Positions 1-9,735 of a DNA stretch of 64,000 bases are shown here, piece after piece. Positions within the stretch are counted from its first letter, which is position 1; the number at the start of each line of letters is the position of its first letter. Source of the DNA: Bacteroidia bacterium (lineage in GTDB: Bacteria > Bacteroidota > Bacteroidia > Bacteroidales > UBA7960); contig REEA01000106.1 in assembly GCA_007695305.1 (NCBI GenBank), positions 1,058 to 65,057 of the forward strand, in the 5' to 3' direction. The translations under genes were made by a program, and so were the position numbers. The notes beneath the pieces were generated by a model, which searched no databases, was not told where the DNA came from, and saw only the letters and a list, made by a program, of their open reading frames with translations.

Positions 1-737
1 TGTTTGCTGAACGAAAAATTAATATTCAGGGGATCAAGATTGTTCCGGATCAAAAATCATTTTTCTGGTCAGGAAAATACCACGCAAACATGAACCAGCG
101 CGACACCATAACTACAGACCTCAATGTGCTGGCTGACTTCAATCCGGTTTTGCCCGAATTATACCGGGACAGCAAATACCTCATGCTGGGAAACCTGACA
201 CCGGCCATCCAAAAAAGCGTTATTAACCAGATGCGGACACGACCAAAACTGATTTGTATGGATACAATGAATTTTTGGATGGACACTGCATGGAACGACC
301 TTCTGGACGTTGTTTCCATGGTCGATGTGTTGGCAGTTAATGAAGAAGAAGCAAGACAACTGTCCGGACATTACTCACTGGTGCATGCCGCAAGGAAAAT
401 ACTGACCATGGGACCCGATTACGTTATCGTCAAAAGAGGAGAACATGGTGCACTGCTTTTTTGCGGTGATGAAAAATTCTATGCACCGGCAATGCCGCTC
501 GATAACGTAATTGACCCCACCGGAGCAGGAGACTCCTTCGCCGGCGGATTCATGGGTTTTCTTACAAAAATGGATGACACCTCATTTGAATGTATGAAAA
601 ATGCCTTAATTTATGGTGCAGCACTGGCCAGTTTCTCAGTGGAAAAATTTGGAACAGAACGTTTGCTGGAAATCTCCGCCGAAGACATCAATAAGCGGCT
701 TGATGAATTCGTGAAGCTCGTATCATTCTCTTTATAA
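1..737 (+). CDS. PfkB-family carbohydrate/nucleoside kinase (5' end outside window)
   Basis: The frame is open from base 3 to the stop at 735-737, so the ATG at 90 is probably internal. The C-terminal PfkB signature DPTGAGDSFAGGF is present. Confidence 0.8.
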   Translation, partial: FAERKINIQGIKIVPDQKSFFWSGKYHANMNQRDTITTDLNVLADFNPVLPELYRDSKYLMLGNLTPAIQKSVINQMRTRPKLICMDTMNFWMDTAWNDLLDVVSMVDVLAVNEEEARQLSGHYSLVHAARKILTMGPDYVIVKRGEHGALLFCGDEKFYAPAMPLDNVIDPTGAGDSFAGGFMGFLTKMDDTSFECMKNALIYGAALASFSVEKFGTERLLEISAEDINKRLDEFVKLVSFSL

Positions 738-770
738 GCAAACTTCTTTGCTTAGTGATGTTTTTTTGGT
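735..770 (+). terminator. Putative intrinsic terminator after the PfkB kinase gene
   Basis: A 7-bp stem (taagcaa / ttgctta, 735-741 / 748-754) with a 6-nt loop overlaps the stop codon. A T7 run follows after 6 nt. Confidence 0.4.
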
Positions 771-935
771 GTCGCTTCTGGCTTTTTTTGTAACTTTATC
801 CGCTTTTTTCGGCAGTGTCCGTTTTTGTCTCACATACGTTTGACCTGATGCAGAAAAGCAGACGACATACCTGGTGAAAAAATTTAAACGAATAAAAACC
901 CTAATTATACACATTTTAAAATCTGTGACGACGCT

Positions 936-3071
936 ATGAAAGTATATCAGACGAAAGAATTGAAAAACATCGCCCTGGTAGGCGGAGCAAAAGCCGGGAA
1001 AACCACTCTCGCCGAAGCCATGCTGTTTGAGGGCGGTGTAATCAAAAGACGTGGATCCGTAGATGACAAAAACTCCGTTTCGGACTATCGCGAAATTGAA
1101 CTCGAAAGACAGGCCTCAGTCTCTTCAACCCTTATGTATGCCGAATACGCAGGACATAAAATAAATATCATCGACACACCGGGCTTCGACGACTTTATCG
1201 GTGAAGTAATTGCCGCGTTAAAAGTTTCCGATACCGCAGTAATGGTAATTAACTCCCAAAATGGGGTAGAAGTGGGCACGGAAATTATTTGGCGACAAAC
1301 TACCCGCCTGGAAAAGCCGGTGGTGTTTTTGATGAACCAACTGGAGCATGAAAAAGCAAACTTTGACGAAAGTATCAGACAGCTGAAAACACAATTCGGC
1401 GATAAAGCCATCGTAGCCCAGTATCCCGTAAACCCCGGTCATGGATTCGATAGCGTAATCGATGTACTGAAAATGAAGATGTATAAGTTCCCGAAAGACG
1501 GTGGCCAGCCCCAAATACTCGATATCCCCGCTGAAGAAAAAGACAAGGCCGAAGAATATCGCAATGCAATCATCGAAGCAGCCGCCGAAAGCGAAGAAGC
1601 ACTCATGGAAGCTTTCTTTGAAAATGGAACCCTCAGCGATGAAGAAATGGCTAAGGGAATAAAACAAGGTATCGCCACAAGAACAATGTTCCCCGTGATG
1701 TGTGCATCCGCAAAACACAACCAGGGTGTAAGCCGCTTTATGGAATGCATTACCGAAAACTTCCCGGGACCTCTGGAAGTTGCTCCTGAAAAAGATACCG
1801 AAGGGAAAGAATTTTCAATGGATCCCGCAAAAGATGTGGTGGCATTTGTCTTCAAAACAGCAGTGGAACCGCACCTGGGTGAACTTTCCTTTTTTCGTGT
1901 CTATGAAGGAAACATCGTTGAATCCGCCGACCTGATCAATAGCAGCACAAGCAGCAAAGAACGTCTTTCACAGCTCTTTGCCGTGGCAGGAAAAAACCGC
2001 CAGAAAGTGGAAAAAGTAATGCCCGGTGATCTGGCAGCAACAATCAAACTGAAAGATACCCACACCAACGATACACTCACAGGACCAAAAAATCAGGGCG
2101 TCAAATGTACACCCATCCAATTCCCGGACCCAAAACACCGTACTGCCGTTAAAGCCAAAAACTCCGGTGATGAGGAAAAACTGGGAACAATCCTGAGAGA
2201 AATGAATAATATTGACCCCACACTGTTATTTGAACAGTCAAAAGAACTCCGGCAAATGATTGTTTCCGGACAGGGAGAAATGCACCTCAATGTGGCAAAG
2301 TGGTCGTTGGAACATATACATAAAGTTGAAGTTGAATTCTTCGCTCCAAAGATTCCCTATCGCGAAACCATTACCAAATCAGCAAAAGCTACCTACCGGC
2401 ATAAAAAACAATCAGGCGGCGCCGGTCAGTTTGGTGAAGTGTTCATGATGGTGGAACCCTACCAGGAAGGTAAACCCAATCAAACAGAATTCCCCGTGAG
2501 AAAACAGGACGTGCATGACCTTAGCTGGGGAGGTAAACTTATCTTCAACAGTTGTATCGTCGGTGGATCCATCGATGCGAGATTTATGCCCGCAATCCTC
2601 AAAGGGATCATGGAAAAAATGGAAGAAGGACCACTTACCGGTTCGTATGCCCGAGATATCATCGTGAATATTTATGACGGGAAAATGCACCCCGTTGACT
2701 CAAATGAGATATCCTTTAAACTGGCCGGCAGACATGCATTTAAGGATGCTTTTAAAAATGCAGGACCAAAAATCATGGAACCCATCTATGATGTGGAAGT
2801 GATGGTGCCGGAAGAAAAAATGGGCGACGTAATGACCGATCTGCAGGGACGCAGAGCCTTGATCATGGGTATGGAAAGCCAGGGCAACTACCAGAAAATA
2901 CGCGCCAAAGTACCCCTGGCAGAAATGAACAGGTACTCAACCGCCCTTAGCTCTCTCACCAGCGGACGTGCAACCTATGGTATGAAATTCGCAGAATATC
3001 AGCAAGTACCTATGGATATACAGGATCAGCTGCTGAAAGCCTATGAAGAAGAGCAGAAAGAAGAGGATTAA
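936..3071 (+). CDS. Elongation factor G paralog with degenerate GTPase motifs (EF-G2-like)
   Basis: The 711-aa protein has EF-G domain order. The P-loop GGAKAGKT is present. G3 reads DTPGF instead of DTPGH, G4 reads NQLE instead of NKxD, and switch I reads ERQASVSS instead of ERGITITS. Confidence 0.85.
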   Translation: MKVYQTKELKNIALVGGAKAGKTTLAEAMLFEGGVIKRRGSVDDKNSVSDYREIELERQASVSSTLMYAEYAGHKINIIDTPGFDDFIGEVIAALKVSDTAVMVINSQNGVEVGTEIIWRQTTRLEKPVVFLMNQLEHEKANFDESIRQLKTQFGDKAIVAQYPVNPGHGFDSVIDVLKMKMYKFPKDGGQPQILDIPAEEKDKAEEYRNAIIEAAAESEEALMEAFFENGTLSDEEMAKGIKQGIATRTMFPVMCASAKHNQGVSRFMECITENFPGPLEVAPEKDTEGKEFSMDPAKDVVAFVFKTAVEPHLGELSFFRVYEGNIVESADLINSSTSSKERLSQLFAVAGKNRQKVEKVMPGDLAATIKLKDTHTNDTLTGPKNQGVKCTPIQFPDPKHRTAVKAKNSGDEEKLGTILREMNNIDPTLLFEQSKELRQMIVSGQGEMHLNVAKWSLEHIHKVEVEFFAPKIPYRETITKSAKATYRHKKQSGGAGQFGEVFMMVEPYQEGKPNQTEFPVRKQDVHDLSWGGKLIFNSCIVGGSIDARFMPAILKGIMEKMEEGPLTGSYARDIIVNIYDGKMHPVDSNEISFKLAGRHAFKDAFKNAGPKIMEPIYDVEVMVPEEKMGDVMTDLQGRRALIMGMESQGNYQKIRAKVPLAEMNRYSTALSSLTSGRATYGMKFAEYQQVPMDIQDQLLKAYEEEQKEED

Positions 3072-3151
3072 TATCCGGCCCCGAAAACAGCCGGCCTAAC
3101 CAACAAAGGCTGTTTTATTGGATGCTCAAAACATATTGGCAAACACAAGTA

Positions 3152-3186
3152 AAGCCCGCAATCGTTTAAAATTGCGGGCTTTTGCT
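3152..3186 (+). terminator. Intrinsic terminator downstream of the EF-G paralog
   Basis: A perfect 11-bp stem (aagcccgcaat / attgcgggctt) with an 8-nt loop is followed by a short T-rich tail (tttgctg). Confidence 0.65.
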
Positions 3187-3371
3187 GTCTGATAACAGGA
3201 TCGTTAATCATTATCATATTTAATATGATATGATGAAACGACCATGCCGAATACCCCAACCATTCGGGGACAGGTCTCTTGACAAACAGGTGCATGATTA
3301 ATCAGATTATTGGAACTCGGAAAAATAATCATGATATGCATTTCTTTATTTTGCAGATTGACTGAAAATAT

Positions 3372-3379
3372 TACTTTTG
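3372..3379 (+). promoter_or_regulatory. Candidate Bacteroidota -7 promoter box (TAnnTTTG) for the AbgT gene
   Basis: The sequence tacttttg lies about 85 nt upstream of the ATG at 3465. The motif alone has a high chance rate. Confidence 0.3.
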
Positions 3380-3464
3380 CTTTTTTTGAAATGATTTGAC
3401 CAATAGCTATTTAGAATCTTTATAAACTGGATTGATCCATCATTCCGCCACCAAACTGCATGTT

Positions 3465-5066
3465 ATGGACAACACAAACAAAGATCAAACAAGCAAAGAG
3501 AAAGAGAAAAAAGCAGCCAACACTGCCTCCACTGGCAATAATCAATCAGCAGGAGCTGCATCTTCCGGAATATTAAAATGGATAGAAGATATGGGGAATA
3601 AACTGCCCCATCCTTTCTGGATTTTTGTCTGGATTACTATTTTAATCGTTTTGATGAGTGCCATTACGGCCTATTTTGGTGTGAGTGCCATTCATCCCGA
3701 TGACGGCAGCCTGGTAGAAGCTCAAAACCTTATCTCCGGTGAAGGTTTGCGGCGCTTTGTTGAGGAAGTGGTAACAAACTTTGCCCATTTTGCGCCATTT
3801 GGATTGGTACTGGTAATGCTGATGGGTGTATCCATAGCCGAACGCAGCGGCTTGCTGGCAGTAGCCATGAGAACCGTGGCCTTTTCAGTACCCAAAAAAA
3901 TCGTACTCCCCGTAATATTTATCATTGGAGCTTGTGGAAATATCGGATCAGATGCAGGCATTGTGATCGTACCTCCCATTGCCGCCCTCATATTTACACA
4001 AATGGGACTCCATCCCATAGCAGGCCTTGTTGCCGGATACGCAGGTGCAACCGCAGGATTTACGGCCAACTTTTTTATCGCCGGCACCGATGTGTTGCTG
4101 GCCGGTATCAGTACCGAAATTACACAGCAAATGCCAGGAGGGGTGGAAGTGAGCCCCACGGCAAACTGGTACTTTATGATAGCCTCCACCTTTCTGCTTG
4201 CATTCGGTGGTGCGTTCATCGCCCGCAAATACACAATCCCGCGCTGTCAAAAATTTGAACTTCTGGGTACTTTCGACCACGAAATTACAGATGGCAAACT
4301 AAATCCGGCCGAACGTAAAGGTCTGAAAAGAGCAGGAGTGGCTCTCTTAATCTATGTCATTCTGATACTTGTACTGGTGGTGCCATCCTGGGCACCGTTG
4401 CGCGACCCCATCACCGGTGGACTGGTACCCTCTCCCTTCCTGAGAGGACTCATCCCCATCCTCTTCTTTTTCTTCGCCATCCCTGGTTATTTTTACGGGA
4501 AAGCTACCGGATCCATAAAAGTGCCAAACGATGTGCTAAAGCAAATGGAACACGGAATGAAAGAACTATCAGGTTATATTGTGCTGATGCTCATCGTCGC
4601 ACAGTTTATCAACCTCTTTAGCTGGTCAAACCTTGATACCATATTGGCCATTACCGGCGCCGATTTCCTAAAATCTACCGGACTTACAGGACCTGTGCTG
4701 TTTGTCTTCTATATGATAATCGTGGCCATATTGAATATCTTTTTGGGAAGCGGCTCCGCAAAATGGGCCATTTTTGCACCCATATTTATCCCCATGCTTG
4801 CCCAGCTGAACTACAGTCCCGCCTTCGTGCAGCTGATGTATAGGGTAGGTGATTCCATCACCAACTGTGTAACACCTTTATACGTATACTTTCCGCTACT
4901 TTTGGGATGGATACATAAGTACAACAAAAACATAGGGATCGGCACCATTGTATCGTTGCTGATCCCTTATGCAGTCATCTTATTTGTGATGTGGATGGCC
5001 CTGCTTTTTCTATGGTTTGCACTGAACCTTCCCATCGGGGTAGGTGAGTTTATCTATTTGCAATAA
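3465..5066 (+). CDS. AbgT-family (p-aminobenzoyl-glutamate type) transporter
   Basis: The ~533-aa polytopic membrane protein has a length and Gly/Ala-rich transmembrane pattern typical of AbgT. The ORF track starts at a TTG at 3432, and the ATG at 3465 seems more likely. Confidence 0.7.
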   Translation: MDNTNKDQTSKEKEKKAANTASTGNNQSAGAASSGILKWIEDMGNKLPHPFWIFVWITILIVLMSAITAYFGVSAIHPDDGSLVEAQNLISGEGLRRFVEEVVTNFAHFAPFGLVLVMLMGVSIAERSGLLAVAMRTVAFSVPKKIVLPVIFIIGACGNIGSDAGIVIVPPIAALIFTQMGLHPIAGLVAGYAGATAGFTANFFIAGTDVLLAGISTEITQQMPGGVEVSPTANWYFMIASTFLLAFGGAFIARKYTIPRCQKFELLGTFDHEITDGKLNPAERKGLKRAGVALLIYVILILVLVVPSWAPLRDPITGGLVPSPFLRGLIPILFFFFAIPGYFYGKATGSIKVPNDVLKQMEHGMKELSGYIVLMLIVAQFINLFSWSNLDTILAITGADFLKSTGLTGPVLFVFYMIIVAILNIFLGSGSAKWAIFAPIFIPMLAQLNYSPAFVQLMYRVGDSITNCVTPLYVYFPLLLGWIHKYNKNIGIGTIVSLLIPYAVILFVMWMALLFLWFALNLPIGVGEFIYLQ

Positions 5067-5101
5067 GCACGGAAACAATCGCCAGAAATACACAGCATTT
5101 T

Positions 5102-7771
5102 TTAACCACATTTACTCTCGCCACAACTGGTGCAGGTCAGGCAACCTTCCTGGTAAATGACAGCATCTTCTTCATGGCAATTGTTGCAAATCCTGCCCTT
5201 GGCTTTTGTGCCGTCAGGAATATACTTTTTTAATGCACGGACCACACCATTTTTCCATGTGTGCAATCTGTCACTGTGAAGGCTAAGATCTTCAATAACA
5301 TCAATAACCGAAGGCAAGGGCATCCCATGACGAAGAATTCCGGAAATCAGCTTGGCATAATTCCAATATTCTTTGTGGAACGACCGCGAAAGACCTTCGA
5401 TGGTAACTTTGTACCCATCCTTGTCCTGGAAACGAAAATCATACCGCTTTTCTCCATTTTCAAGACGGTTTTTGATTACCCAGCCCTTGTTAATATCCGG
5501 AGGCAGGTAAAATCCTTCCGCTTTACCGGTAAATATTTCGTATGGCCTGTCATATAAAAGACCAACAACTGCCAACCACTTTTCTGAGTCATTGTTAAAG
5601 CGTACTACCTCGGCTTCCAATACTTTCGGTCGCTTTGGCGCAGATGTTTCCTTAAACTCGCTTTCATCCTTCTTCTTATCGTTGACTAGAACACCTGACC
5701 TTGAACCGTCACGATACACGGTAATCCCTTTGCAGCCGCTTTCCCAACCTGTTTGATAAATTTTCCCAACAAGTTCCTGGTTGACATCGCCGGGTACATT
5801 GACCGTCACGCTAATTGAATGATCCACCCACTTCTGGACCGCGCCCTGCATATGTACTTTGGCCACCCAGTCTACATCATTTGCGGTGGCTTTATAATAA
5901 GGAGAACGTCTGATGATATCCCCCAGCTCCTTGTCTTTCATCTGCTTCACCTCGTTTACATCATATCCGTTGGCCAGCAGCCAATCAATAAATTTATGAT
6001 GAAACACATTATACTCTTCCCAGTGATCACCAACTTCATCAACAAAATCAACACGCACATTCTTGTCGTTGGGATTTACCTTTCGCCGCCGCTTGTAGGC
6101 TACCATGAAAACAGGCTCAATACCTGAGGTCGTCTGGGTAAGAATTGATACGCTTCCCGTTGGTGCTATGGTGAGGAGGGCAATATTCCTGCGCCCATGC
6201 TTCAGCATTTCTTTGTAGAGGTCAGGGTCACTCTCTTTGATTCTCTGTATGAAAGGGTTGCCAGCTTCCCGATCACTGTCGTATATCGGGAAAGCACCTC
6301 TGACGACCGCCAGCTCTACCGACGAACGGTATGCCTCCAGGGCAAGCATTTGATGAATGCTTACGGAAAAGCCAGTGGCTTCAGGTGTGCCATAACGATA
6401 ACCCAGGCCTGCCAACATATCACCCTCAGCGGTTATCCCAATACCGGTGCGTCTTCCTTCTATGCATTTCTCCCTGATCTTCAACCACAAACTTCTTTCT
6501 ACCCTTTTTACCTCACCCTCCTCAGGATCGCTTTCAATCTTACTAATTATACGGTCAATCTTTTCCAACTCCAGGTCAATGATATCATCCATCATCCGCT
6601 GCGCATAAGCAACATGCTGCTTAAATAATGGAAAGTCGAAATGTGCATTTTCCGTGAATGCCTCTTTTACATAACCGAACAGGTTAATGGCCAGCAGTCT
6701 GCAGCTGTCATAAGGGCACAGCGGAATCTCTCCGCACGGATTTGTTGACACCGTATTAAAACCCAGGTCAGTGTAGGCATCAGGCACAGATTCCCTGATA
6801 ATGGTATCCCAGAACAATATACCCGGCTCCGCAGATTTCCACGCATTGTGAACGATCTTCTTCCACAACTCCCGGGCTTTGATCTTTTTTACAAACTGGG
6901 GATTGTCTGACTGGATTGGATACTGTTGCACAAATTCAGTATCATTGACAACAGCCTGCATAAAATCATCAGTGATCTTGACAGATACATTTGCTCCTGT
7001 AACTTTCCCCTGCTCCAGTTTGGCATCAATAAAACCCTCTGCGTCAGGATGCTTTATGGATACTGTAAGCATCAACGCACCTCTTCTGCCATCCTGAGCC
7101 ACCTCCCTCGTAGAGTTGGAATAACGCTCCATAAACGGAACAAGCCCGGTGGAAGTCAGCGCACTGTTTTTTACAGGACTACCCTTGGGCCGAATATGCG
7201 ACAGGTCATGACCAACACCCCCCCTGCGCTTCATCAACTGCACCTGTTCTTCATCCAACTTCATGATACCACCGTACGAATCAGCATCTCCCTTGTTACC
7301 AATCACAAAGCAGTTGGAAAGAGAACCAATCTGAAAGGGATTGCCAATGCCTGCCATCGGACTGCCTTGCGGCACAATATATCGAAAACCCTGCAGCAAT
7401 GAAAAAATAAGATCCTCTGACATTGGATCCGGATACTTGTTTTCAATACGATGAATCTCCCTGGCAATCCGCATGTGCATATCATCAGGCGTCTGCTCAT
7501 ACAAGTTGCCGTCAGAGTCTTTTAATGCGTATTTGTTAACCCATACACCAGCAGCAAGACTGTCTCCGCCAAAATACTCAAGTGCCTTTGCCAATACATC
7601 TTCATAAGAATACTTTATGTGCGCCGGATGAATATATTCATCATTCTGTTTGCCCGTTTCCTGTGACAATCTTCGGTTGTCAAGCACATGATCATACAAA
7701 CCATGACTCTCTTTTTGTTGCTCCGTGTCTTTGGTAATGTTACTTAAAACATTTTTGCTCCCCATATTCAT
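5102..7771 (-). CDS. nrdJ: Adenosylcobalamin-dependent (class II) ribonucleotide reductase
   Basis: The 889-aa protein has the RNR active-site region NPCGEIPL and the TIAPTGS motif. It ends in a Cys-rich tail (CNNCH...CLTCTSCGESKCG) typical of NrdJ. Confidence 0.85.
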   Translation of the reverse strand: MNMGSKNVLSNITKDTEQQKESHGLYDHVLDNRRLSQETGKQNDEYIHPAHIKYSYEDVLAKALEYFGGDSLAAGVWVNKYALKDSDGNLYEQTPDDMHMRIAREIHRIENKYPDPMSEDLIFSLLQGFRYIVPQGSPMAGIGNPFQIGSLSNCFVIGNKGDADSYGGIMKLDEEQVQLMKRRGGVGHDLSHIRPKGSPVKNSALTSTGLVPFMERYSNSTREVAQDGRRGALMLTVSIKHPDAEGFIDAKLEQGKVTGANVSVKITDDFMQAVVNDTEFVQQYPIQSDNPQFVKKIKARELWKKIVHNAWKSAEPGILFWDTIIRESVPDAYTDLGFNTVSTNPCGEIPLCPYDSCRLLAINLFGYVKEAFTENAHFDFPLFKQHVAYAQRMMDDIIDLELEKIDRIISKIESDPEEGEVKRVERSLWLKIREKCIEGRRTGIGITAEGDMLAGLGYRYGTPEATGFSVSIHQMLALEAYRSSVELAVVRGAFPIYDSDREAGNPFIQRIKESDPDLYKEMLKHGRRNIALLTIAPTGSVSILTQTTSGIEPVFMVAYKRRRKVNPNDKNVRVDFVDEVGDHWEEYNVFHHKFIDWLLANGYDVNEVKQMKDKELGDIIRRSPYYKATANDVDWVAKVHMQGAVQKWVDHSISVTVNVPGDVNQELVGKIYQTGWESGCKGITVYRDGSRSGVLVNDKKKDESEFKETSAPKRPKVLEAEVVRFNNDSEKWLAVVGLLYDRPYEIFTGKAEGFYLPPDINKGWVIKNRLENGEKRYDFRFQDKDGYKVTIEGLSRSFHKEYWNYAKLISGILRHGMPLPSVIDVIEDLSLHSDRLHTWKNGVVRALKKYIPDGTKAKGRICNNCHEEDAVIYQEGCLTCTSCGESKCG

Positions 7772-8100
7772 AATTTATATGTTTTTAGCCGTTACGCCCT
7801 GTGGTATAACGCTTTAGGACGAAAAAATAATGGTATATAATAATGTGAGGTGATGTTCGAACAACGAAAATAAGAAACAAAACAATGGAACCGCACCACT
7901 TCTTATTAACAAAACCCAAAAGTTATTAACGATGGCCGGCTAACTTGTTGATGAGAAATTTTTTATGGTATTTGTTGAAAGTGTTAAATTAAGCAATTGT
8001 TTAGAGGCTGTGAAATTCAGTTCAATATAATAAATATGCCCCTTAAGGGGATGCAGGAATTTGCAGAAAGGAACGCAATGAATGCTCTGCTGATAACGCA

Positions 8101-9184
8101 TCAGGCGAATTCGATCAGGTATGCCTTGATGAATTCATCAATTTCACCATCCATTACACTTTGCACATTTGAAGTCTCTACCCCGGTTCGTAAATCTTTG
8201 ACCATTTTATAGGGATGAAAAACATAACTCCGGATTTGCGACCCCCATTCGATCTTCCTTTTCGTACTTTCCATCGCGTCAATCTTCTCCCGCTTCTTCC
8301 TCAGCTCCAATTCGTAAAGCTGCGATTTTAGCATCGTTAGCGCCTTCTCCCGGTTCTGAATTTGTGAACGGGTTTCCTGGCATTCAACCACAATACCCGA
8401 AGGAGCATGCCTAACCCGTACAGCACTCTCAACCTTATTCACATTCTGCCCGCCGGGACCGCTCGACCTGAAAGTATCCCAGCTCAGATCAGCCGGGTTG
8501 ATCTCAATGGTAATTTTTTCATCCACAATGGGATATGCATATACAGATGCAAAAGAGGTGTGCCGTTTGTGATTTGCATCAAATGGCGACAGCCTTACCA
8601 ATCGGTGTACACCATTTTCTCCTTTCAGATATCCGTAAGCATTATCACCCTCAAACTCAATAGAAGCACTTTTAATACCGGCCCCATCTCCCTCCTGAAC
8701 ATCCAAAACTTTGGTTTTGTAATTGTTGCGTTCGCCCCATCGCAAGTACATGCGCATGAGCATCTCGGCCCAATCCTGACTCTCCGTGCCCCCTGCCCCC
8801 GCATTAATGGCAACAATGGCAGCCAGATGATCCTCCTCCTGGTTGAGCATCTTGCGCAACTCCAGTTTCTCAATGAACCTGACGGCCTTTTTATACAGCT
8901 CTGTCACCTCTTTTTCCGTGCCTTCACCCTCCTGATAAAAATCATACAACACCTTAAGGTCATCAAGCCTCTGTTTTGTTTCATCAAAAACATCAACCCA
9001 TTGTTTTACACTGCTTATGTACCTCAGCTTATTTTCAGCATCCTTGGGATTGTCCCAAAAATCAGGTGCTTCCGTTTCTTTTTGTCTGGCTTGTATCTCT
9101 TCCCGTTTCCCTTCAATGTCAAAGAAACCTCCTTAAGGCATCCAGCCTCTTGTCTAAATCTTTGATATGCTCGTTGTAAATCAT
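8101..9184 (-). CDS. prfB: Peptide chain release factor 2, requiring a programmed +1 frameshift
   Basis: The GGQ (SGPGGQ) and RF2-specific SPF motifs lie in the 8101-9120 frame. The first 21 codons (MIYNEHIKDLDKRLDALRRFL) are in another frame, starting at the ATG at 9184-9182 and ending at CTT TGA C. Confidence 0.95.
9118..9133 (-). promoter_or_regulatory. RF2 programmed +1 frameshift site with an upstream SD-like element
   Basis: The minus strand reads AGGAGG TTT CTT TGA C. The slippery CTT is at 9124-9122, the in-frame TGA at 9121-9119, and AGGAGG at 9133-9128. Confidence 0.9.
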
Positions 9185-9189
9185 AATGT

Positions 9190-9657
9190 TTATGGTTGTT
9201 TGTTCAAAATATCCCATACCAGAGCGGACTCGAACCCCTTCTGGATGCAATAAGCCGCAGTCTTTTCCGGGATAGTTTTTTTCTTTTGTTCTGATAATGA
9301 TGCACGTTTGTCCGTTATCAAACGCTGCAATACTTGCTTATACTGGGTTTCGTCAATGGTAGCCAAAGCACGGCTGATGACCGCATCCGGTATCTGTCTT
9401 TGCTTTAACCCCGCCGAAATTTTTACTTTTCCCCACCGGTTGTTTCGGAATTTTCCCTGCACATACAAGTCAGCAAATCGCTGATCGTCAATATATCGCC
9501 CCCTGATTAAATCCTCCAGAATCCGATTAGTCAATTCTGCACCTGCACCCATTTGATAAAGCTTATCCCTTACCTCCATGGTACAACGCTCGCGCCAGGC
9601 ACAGTAACGTGCAGCCTTTTCTCTTAATTCATCAGGGCTGATCATTCGACAAATCAT
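9190..9657 (-). CDS. recX: RecX family regulatory protein
   Basis: The 155-aa protein has the RecX-like start (AARYCAWRERCTMEVRDKL) and a repeated helical-module pattern. Confidence 0.75.
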   Translation of the reverse strand: MICRMISPDELREKAARYCAWRERCTMEVRDKLYQMGAGAELTNRILEDLIRGRYIDDQRFADLYVQGKFRNNRWGKVKISAGLKQRQIPDAVISRALATIDETQYKQVLQRLITDKRASLSEQKKKTIPEKTAAYCIQKGFESALVWDILNKQP

Positions 9658-9735
9658 TCATATTTGTCCGCAATCATAACCGGAATCATCCGGTAAACTC
9701 TTAAACACCGGCTATAGCTCATTAATTCCTGTCAA

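Noticed and set aside
7772-8100. A possible cobalamin riboswitch or NrdR boxes in the 330-nt nrdJ upstream region
   Set aside because: On the minus strand there is a GGTGCGGTTCC stretch, but no B12-box (GCCACTG-like) and no convincing multi-stem core. No 16-bp NrdR-type palindromes are present either. A B12-dependent RNR would not be expected to be repressed by B12. Only a GTTAATAA direct repeat and a small palindrome (ccccttaagggg) were seen.
8407-9165. A 252-aa plus-strand ORF
   Set aside because: It is entirely antisense to prfB, whose identity is secured by the GGQ/SPF motifs and the frameshift cassette. Its translation has no motifs and an odd composition, so it is a shadow ORF.
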